A stretch of DNA of 64,000 nt from Fidelibacterota bacterium (GTDB taxonomy: Bacteria; Fidelibacterota; UBA2242): NCBI GenBank assembly GCA_016782645.1, contig JADHYC010000002.1, positions 20,324 through 84,323 of the forward strand, given 5' to 3'. Position numbers and translations under genes: made by a program. Under the pieces are notes generated by a model. That model did not search any database. It was not told the DNA's origin and worked only from the letters and a program-made list of their open reading frames with translations. The first letter of the stretch is position 1, and every line of letters begins with the position of its first letter. Of this stretch, positions 57,992 through 64,000 are shown one piece after another.

Positions 57992-58651
57992 ATGTTAAAA
58001 TCGAATTCCCAAAACGCATTTACAATGGTTGAAGAGCAGATAGTTTCTCGCGGTATTAACGATCAAAAAGTCGTAGATGCAATGAGAGCTGTACCACGGC
58101 ATAATTTCGTGAATAAAAATATGGTACATCTTGCATATACCGACCAACCACTTCCAATTGGACGTAATCAGACGATATCTCAGCCCTATGTTGTTGCATA
58201 TATGACCAGCACTCTTGAATTAAATGAAAAATCCCGTGTTCTTGAGATAGGTACCGGAAGTGGTTATCAAGCTGCTATCCTTGCTGAGATAGCGAAGGAT
58301 GTCTATTCCATTGAAGTGATTGAAGGACTGGCTGAAAAGGCACGAAAAGTTATAAAACAGCTAAATTATAAAAATATAAAAATTAAGATAGGTAATGGTC
58401 GCAAAGGATGGCGAGAATATGCTCCTTATAGCCATATTATTGTTACGGCGGCAAGTGAGGATATTCCAAAAGCTCTTCTTGAGCAGCTCGATATTGACGG
58501 TAGAATGGTCATACCTATTGGGCACAGCAGCTGGACGCAAAACCTTGTACTTGTTGCGAAAACAAAAGATGGTATCCGTAGAGAAAAAATATTACCGGTA
58601 CGCTTTGTACCATTGATACATGAGAAGAAGATAAGTAGGAGAAGAAAATAA
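57992..58651 (+). CDS. pcm: Protein-L-isoaspartate O-methyltransferase
   Basis: AMRAVPRHNFV, QTISQPYVVA, VLEIGTGSGYQAA, APYSHIIVTAA, VRFVPL. Confidence 0.96.
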   Translation: MLKSNSQNAFTMVEEQIVSRGINDQKVVDAMRAVPRHNFVNKNMVHLAYTDQPLPIGRNQTISQPYVVAYMTSTLELNEKSRVLEIGTGSGYQAAILAEIAKDVYSIEVIEGLAEKARKVIKQLNYKNIKIKIGNGRKGWREYAPYSHIIVTAASEDIPKALLEQLDIDGRMVIPIGHSSWTQNLVLVAKTKDGIRREKILPVRFVPLIHEKKISRRRK

Positions 58652-58683
58652 GAGATTAGGAATCTAAAAACAGATAAAGTGCC

Positions 58684-59553
58684 TTGAGCGCACTAAAGTG
58701 TGAAATGACTAAAATCGGAGTAGATATGAAAGAAATTGATCTGGATATTCTTGAAGAATTTGCATCTACATTGGAACATCTGTCTTGTGGTGATTATAAA
58801 GGCAATACTTTTGAAAAGTATATGAGAGTTGGAAACCCAAACATTATAAGGCGGATGGCAACAACTATGGATGACATCTGTAAACAGTTTGAGGCTCGTG
58901 AACATCATCTTAAATTTGCTATTAGAGAACTGAAAGCTACTCGCAGTGAATTTGAAAAGTTTAATGCCCTTCTAGATTCACGTGTTAAAGAAAGAACAAA
59001 AGCGCTGGAAGAGGCAAATACTCTTTTAGAATCACTGTCAACCACTGACCCTCTTACGGGGATTAGCAATAGACGCAACTTCGATTATCTCTTAAAGCAT
59101 GAAACAAACCGTACAAAACGCTATGGCTTGAATTTAAGCTGTTTGATGTTTGATATAGACTTCTTTAAAAAGGTGAATGATACTTATGGGCATCCTTATG
59201 GGGATGAAGTCCTTAGAGAAATCGGGAAAATCTTACGTAACGAATTACGAGGTCATGATATATTTGCACGATACGGCGGTGAAGAATTTGTTGTATTATT
59301 ACCGGAGACAGATGTAAACGCTGCATTTCTTGTAGCTGAAAAGTTAAGGGAGGTAATTGCTAATAGAGATGTTGTTAAAGACGAGATTAAATCAAATGTT
59401 ACAGTCTCTTTTGGTGTAGCTCAGTATGATCCCTCAACGATGACAAGCAGGAATCAACTTGTTGAAGCATCTGATAAAGCACTCTATGAAGCTAAAAGGA
59501 CAGGAAGAAATAAGTCTATCATTTTTGAAGGCTTTGAAACCACGGTATCTTAA
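58684..59553 (+). CDS. Diguanylate cyclase (GGDEF)
   Basis: TDPLTGISNRR, MFDIDFFKKVNDTYGHPYGD, RGHD I-site, GGEEF A-site, ALYEAKRTGRN. Confidence 0.93.
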   Translation: MSALKCEMTKIGVDMKEIDLDILEEFASTLEHLSCGDYKGNTFEKYMRVGNPNIIRRMATTMDDICKQFEAREHHLKFAIRELKATRSEFEKFNALLDSRVKERTKALEEANTLLESLSTTDPLTGISNRRNFDYLLKHETNRTKRYGLNLSCLMFDIDFFKKVNDTYGHPYGDEVLREIGKILRNELRGHDIFARYGGEEFVVLLPETDVNAAFLVAEKLREVIANRDVVKDEIKSNVTVSFGVAQYDPSTMTSRNQLVEASDKALYEAKRTGRNKSIIFEGFETTVS

Positions 59554-59690
59554 GTAAATTAAAGTTATATCTTTCTAAAGCGCCCTATTTTTTTAAATGA
59601 GATAATTTGTATAATTAATAGTTTTACGCCTTTATTTGATTAGAACAGGGTTGTATTTATAATACTGATATGTACTTAAAGAATTGAAAA

Positions 59691-61988
59691 ATGAATCTCT
59701 GTTTATGTATATTTCCCAATGAATTAATAAAGGTTATAATCAATTTTATGAAAAAAATTATTATCTTAAAAATAGCCCTTAGTCTTTTCGCGGTTTCTGT
59801 TTATAGTCAAAATTACATTTGGCCCACAAATGCGAGCAAGTATCTGAGTTCAACTTTTGGCGAATATCGTGAAGGTCACTTCCATTCGGGGATAGACATT
59901 AAAACTAATCATAAAGTCGGTTATCCCGTTTATGCAGTGGATAATGGATACGTCTGGCGAATCCGCACTTCTCCATTTGGTTATGGGAAAGCTGTTTATC
60001 TGAAACTCAATGATGGTAATATTGCGGTTTATGGACATCTTGATAGGTTTGACGATAAACTTTTACCTTATGTTAGGGCAGAGCAATTCAAGCAGAATAG
60101 ATATTCAACAGATATATATTTAAGTGAAAACGAGATTCGTGTTTCAAGGGGAGATATCATAGGATATACAGGAGACACCGGTTCCAAGCACCCACATTTA
60201 CACTTCGAACTGCGTGATACTTCAGGTAAACCGTTCAACCCGCTGAATTCAAACCTGAAGGTCGAAGACCATACTATTCCAACTATAAAAGAGATAGCGA
60301 CTATCCCAATTGGGAAAGAATCTCGCATTAATGGACGTGTGTATATTCAAGTTTTTAAAGTGAAATATTTGGGTGATAGAGAATTTGGTTTGGAAGATAC
60401 AATAAATGTATCAGGACCTGTGGGTATTGAGATTAGGACTTACGATACAGTTCGTGGATTACCAAATAAATATTCTCCTTATGGGATACAAATGTATGTG
60501 GATGATAGTTCGCGGTTTGCTACTCAATACAATAAATTTGATTTTGATGAAACCAGGTTTGTAAACATTGACCGTGATTTTCAGCTGATTCAGGATGAGA
60601 TTGGCTGTTTCAATAGATTATGGATATATGATACTTCAAAGACCATTCCGTTTTATGATAATTCTCAGATAGGTATTTTAAAACTGAAAGAAGGTTATCA
60701 TGATATCAAGATTGAAGTCTATGATCATTATCGTAACACCTCTACGTTAAAATTCACTCTTTTTTCGGGAGCAGATAATAATCCTCTTATTAAAAAATAT
60801 GAATGTAATATAAATGAATATAGAGTATTTATTGAAAGCGACTCTATTCGTTCATACAGAAGTTTTTCTGCCGAGTGGGTAAATAAGTATGGAAATGTAA
60901 TAGGAAGCGCCAGGTTGAATAAAATTGAAACCAATGATGATAATTATATTTTAAAAATCCTCCCTCATCCTCACAAAGATGAAATAATAAAAATTACTGC
61001 TACTCCAAAACAAGGTGGTCAAGTCCTACCTGCTTATCTGAAATTTAGCTCTTTAGGATTATCGGAAGACATGTCAGTAATCTCCTCTTATATTCATAAT
61101 CCCCAAACGTTTCTATGTAATATAACTTTTAACCGTGCAACTGAACAGCCACACTTTTTTCTCCAATCGGAAGAATCAATAAAAGAGATACCATTAATTT
61201 CTGAATCCCCTTTGAAGTTCGTAACCGAACCGGTACCTCTTTGCTGGTGGGAAGAGGCTTTTGCTTACGAAATTCGGATTCCTACCAAACCGGTTAATAT
61301 TATGAGAAAAAAAATAGATTTTAAATGCATTACACCTGATAGGGCAAACACAATTTTCTCTGAGGATAAAGTTCTAACAGCCACCTTCGGTAAAAATAGT
61401 GTATATGATTCGCTTGTAACGTGGGTAGAAAAATCATCACCGATTTCTGTAAAGGGCGGTAAGCTTGTAACAGATTGCTATAGGGTTTTTCCTACTACAC
61501 AACCGCTAAATGATTACATTAAGATTATGCTCAAATATCCGGTCAATCAGGAAAGGATAGAACAAATTGGTCTCTATAGATGGGATGATGAATGGGAATA
61601 TGTTGAAGGAATCTCGAACGATTTGGAGGAAATAATAACAGCCAGATCAGGTAACCTCGGTACTTTTTGCTTAATAAGAGACTTTACTCCACCGGTAATA
61701 ACGCAGATTTTCCCGGGTAATGGAGGAAGTTTCAGAGTGTCGAGTATTAAGGGTTTTAAAGCAGAGGTTGAGGATAAATTGTCCGGAATTAAAGATGATA
61801 CATCTATCCTTGTAGCAATTGACAGCGAACCGATTATTGTAGAATATCACGCTGTTAAAAATTATATACGTTATAAATTGCCCGGTGAACTTACTCCCGG
61901 TCAACATACATTGACAATAACGGTTATTGATAGAGCAATGAATTCAACGACAGCTGTGAGCAAGTTTTTTGTTTTAAGTGATAGATAA
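59691..61988 (+). CDS. M23-family metallopeptidase with long C-terminal extension
   Basis: FGEYREGHFHSGIDI, YGHL, GYTGDTGSKHPHLHFE; likely start ATG 59748 (signal peptide). Confidence 0.88.
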   Translation: MNLCLCIFPNELIKVIINFMKKIIILKIALSLFAVSVYSQNYIWPTNASKYLSSTFGEYREGHFHSGIDIKTNHKVGYPVYAVDNGYVWRIRTSPFGYGKAVYLKLNDGNIAVYGHLDRFDDKLLPYVRAEQFKQNRYSTDIYLSENEIRVSRGDIIGYTGDTGSKHPHLHFELRDTSGKPFNPLNSNLKVEDHTIPTIKEIATIPIGKESRINGRVYIQVFKVKYLGDREFGLEDTINVSGPVGIEIRTYDTVRGLPNKYSPYGIQMYVDDSSRFATQYNKFDFDETRFVNIDRDFQLIQDEIGCFNRLWIYDTSKTIPFYDNSQIGILKLKEGYHDIKIEVYDHYRNTSTLKFTLFSGADNNPLIKKYECNINEYRVFIESDSIRSYRSFSAEWVNKYGNVIGSARLNKIETNDDNYILKILPHPHKDEIIKITATPKQGGQVLPAYLKFSSLGLSEDMSVISSYIHNPQTFLCNITFNRATEQPHFFLQSEESIKEIPLISESPLKFVTEPVPLCWWEEAFAYEIRIPTKPVNIMRKKIDFKCITPDRANTIFSEDKVLTATFGKNSVYDSLVTWVEKSSPISVKGGKLVTDCYRVFPTTQPLNDYIKIMLKYPVNQERIEQIGLYRWDDEWEYVEGISNDLEEIITARSGNLGTFCLIRDFTPPVITQIFPGNGGSFRVSSIKGFKAEVEDKLSGIKDDTSILVAIDSEPIIVEYHAVKNYIRYKLPGELTPGQHTLTITVIDRAMNSTTAVSKFFVLSDR

Positions 61989-62162
61989 TTTCATCATGTT
62001 CTTATTAAAGATTTTGTATGAAAAGTAGGGGCTTTTCAAGAGTGTTTACAATTAGGGGATGTGTATGTAACGCAAATTTCATATATTAAATTCTCAGAAT
62101 GTTGGATTTTTAGTAGGGATTGCATTATTATTAGTGATGGGTCCATATGAAAGGAAAAGACT

Positions 62163-62573
62163 GTGGAAACAACTAAACAGGGAATATTAAAAGAACGCGC
62201 AATTAAAGCTTCTAAATTTGCTCATTCGCCGTATTCAAAATATCCCGTAGGAGCTTCGGTTGAAACGGAGGATGGAAAAATATTTGTCGGTTGCAATGTA
62301 GAATCCAGTTCATATGGATTGAGTGTTTGTGCAGAGAGAAACGCAATAGCAGCTGCAATTGTAAATGGACATAAGCGATTTCATGCTATAGCTGTATATT
62401 CAAGAAATGGTGCTACTCCTTGCGGTGCTTGCCGACAGGTTATATGGGATATATGTGGAGATATCCTTGTTTATGTATTTGATGAAGCAGGCAATGAAAA
62501 AATATATCGGACATCTGAATTATTACCAAATCCATTTGATTGTAGAAAATTGGAGGGGAAAAGAGACAAATGA
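62163..62573 (+). CDS. cdd: Cytidine deaminase (homotetrameric type)
   Basis: AHSPYSKYPVGA, GCNVES, CAERNAI, PCGACRQ. Confidence 0.95.
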   Translation: METTKQGILKERAIKASKFAHSPYSKYPVGASVETEDGKIFVGCNVESSSYGLSVCAERNAIAAAIVNGHKRFHAIAVYSRNGATPCGACRQVIWDICGDILVYVFDEAGNEKIYRTSELLPNPFDCRKLEGKRDK

Positions 62574-63202
62574 AGAATTCAATTCTGATTGGTATTGCAG
62601 GGGGGACAGGCTCTGGTAAAACATCTATGGCAAAGAATATTGTCAAAGATTTCAGTCCGGATCAGGTAGTGATTATTGAGCAAGATTCTTACTATCATGA
62701 TCTTAAAAAGATTCCTATGGATGCAAGAAATCATCATAATTTTGATCACCCGGACGCTTATGATTTTGAGATGCTTAAAAAACAGATGAAGGAATTGTTA
62801 GAGGGAAAATCCGTAAGTGTACCGATTTATGATTATAAAACGCATACAAGAAAAAAGGAAGCGCACCATATTTCAGGTCATAAGATAATTGTTCTTGAGG
62901 GAATAATGGTTCTTGTTGATCCTGAGCTGAGGGACATGACAGATATAAAGATGTATATTCATACAGCTGGCGATATACGTTTTATACGAAGGATGACAAG
63001 GGATATTCATGAACGTGGTCGTTCAATAGATTCTGTAATTCAACAGTATCTGGAAACTGTTCGTCCAATGCACGAGGAATTTGTTGAACCAACCATGCAC
63101 TATGCGGATATAATTATCCCGGAGGGTGGACAAAACAAAGTAGCCGTTGATCTTTTTAAAACCAAGTTGCGCTCACTTTTGCGACACTTAAGGAAAGATT
63201 AA
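62570..63202 (+). CDS. udk: Uridine kinase
   Basis: IGIAGGTGSGKT, QDSYY, NFDHPDA, IVLEGI, RFIRRMTRDIHERGRS. Confidence 0.96.
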   Translation: MKNSILIGIAGGTGSGKTSMAKNIVKDFSPDQVVIIEQDSYYHDLKKIPMDARNHHNFDHPDAYDFEMLKKQMKELLEGKSVSVPIYDYKTHTRKKEAHHISGHKIIVLEGIMVLVDPELRDMTDIKMYIHTAGDIRFIRRMTRDIHERGRSIDSVIQQYLETVRPMHEEFVEPTMHYADIIIPEGGQNKVAVDLFKTKLRSLLRHLRKD

Positions 63203-63247
63203 CACCTTTAATTTTTACATGTTAAACAATAAAAAGAGTAATATAAA

Positions 63248-63856
63248 ATGACCAAGAAATCTATGAGAAGCGCCCCAATGGGCATTGAAGAAGTTGTTGT
63301 AATGTCAGGTAAAGTATGTGGCTGGATTGAAGTCATTTGTGGTAGTATGTTTTCTGGAAAAACTGAGGAGCTGATCAGACGTTTAAGACGTGCAGTTATT
63401 GCTAAACAGAAAGTTGCCATTTTCAAACCGATGATTGATGTTCGTTATAGCGAAGATCATATTGTTTCGCATAATCAGCAAAAAATTTCATCCAGGGCTG
63501 TTAGGAATACAAAGGATATTTTAAAACTTGCCGGTGATGCGCATGTTTTAGGAATCGACGAAGCACAATTTTTTGATAATACCCTTGTTGAGGTGTGTAA
63601 AAAACTTGCTGATTCAGGGAAACGTGTCATTGTCGCAGGTTTAGATAAAGATTACAGAGGAGTATCATTTGAGCCGATGCCACAACTTTTGTGTGAGGCA
63701 GAGTATATTACGAAAACACTTGCAATATGTATGAAATGCGGGAATCCAGCGAATTACACACAGCGAATCACAAAATCGAGTGAGCGAGTTCTTCTTGGTG
63801 CAACAGATATATATGAAGCGCGTTGCCGAAGTTGTTATGAACCGCCAAATGAATAA
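63248..63856 (+). CDS. tdk: Thymidine kinase
   Basis: [38 protein letters not shown]...YEARCRSC. Confidence 0.97.
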   Translation: MTKKSMRSAPMGIEEVVVMSGKVCGWIEVICGSMFSGKTEELIRRLRRAVIAKQKVAIFKPMIDVRYSEDHIVSHNQQKISSRAVRNTKDILKLAGDAHVLGIDEAQFFDNTLVEVCKKLADSGKRVIVAGLDKDYRGVSFEPMPQLLCEAEYITKTLAICMKCGNPANYTQRITKSSERVLLGATDIYEARCRSCYEPPNE

Positions 63857-63941
63857 TATTGACCACAAGATGTTAGGAACATATTATATGCTATAGCCAG
63901 CTACTCAATAATTTAATGCTAATGATTAATAGGGGAATAAT

Positions 63942-64000
63942 ATGAGATTTATCGGCATTCTTGGGATTATTACGCTTCTTGGAATTGCTTATCTTCTTTC
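63942..64000 (+). CDS. nupC: Concentrative nucleoside transporter (NupC-like), 5' partial
   Basis: MRFIGILGIITLLGIAYLLS resembles the CNT N-terminus; context after cdd-udk-tdk; truncated by window edge. Confidence 0.6.
   Translation, partial: MRFIGILGIITLLGIAYLL

Noticed and set aside
460-63868. Numerous 60-125 aa antisense or overlapping ORFs in the supplied track
   Set aside because: They lie opposite or within well-supported genes and show no motifs; treated as shadows.

Overview
AT-rich bacterial chromosome segment spanning the probable replication origin. The organism is a diderm with lipid A genes; gene order suggests the FCB group (inference). Left of the origin, on the minus strand: rpmH-rnpA-yidD-yidC-mnmE-mnmG-mfd and three parvulin PPIases, with two parS sites lying over start codons. 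Right of the origin: dnaA-lexA-ssb (no dnaN); a ThrRS-like/uridine kinase fusion; an uncharacterised membrane protein + P-loop protein pair; arsC; queG; an ABC-2/LolA-like/PadR module; tryptophanase; a decayed patch (ackA stub, ROK pseudogene); a 1068-aa FG-GAP/Ig surface protein; a sigma54 activator followed by a Zn-ribbon gene and a self-contained type IV filament cluster (PilB/C/A, minor pilins, PilD, PilMNOP-like, lipoprotein, secretin; no PilT); a lipid A operon with GnnA-like and LmtA-like genes; a 5'-nucleotidase; tRNA-His and tRNA-Glu; glgC; a DUF3150-like orphan; pcm; a GGDEF protein; an M23 peptidase; and cdd-udk-tdk-nupC. No CRISPR array, rRNA, transposase or integrase was seen. All family assignments come from manual motif recognition; no database search was run.
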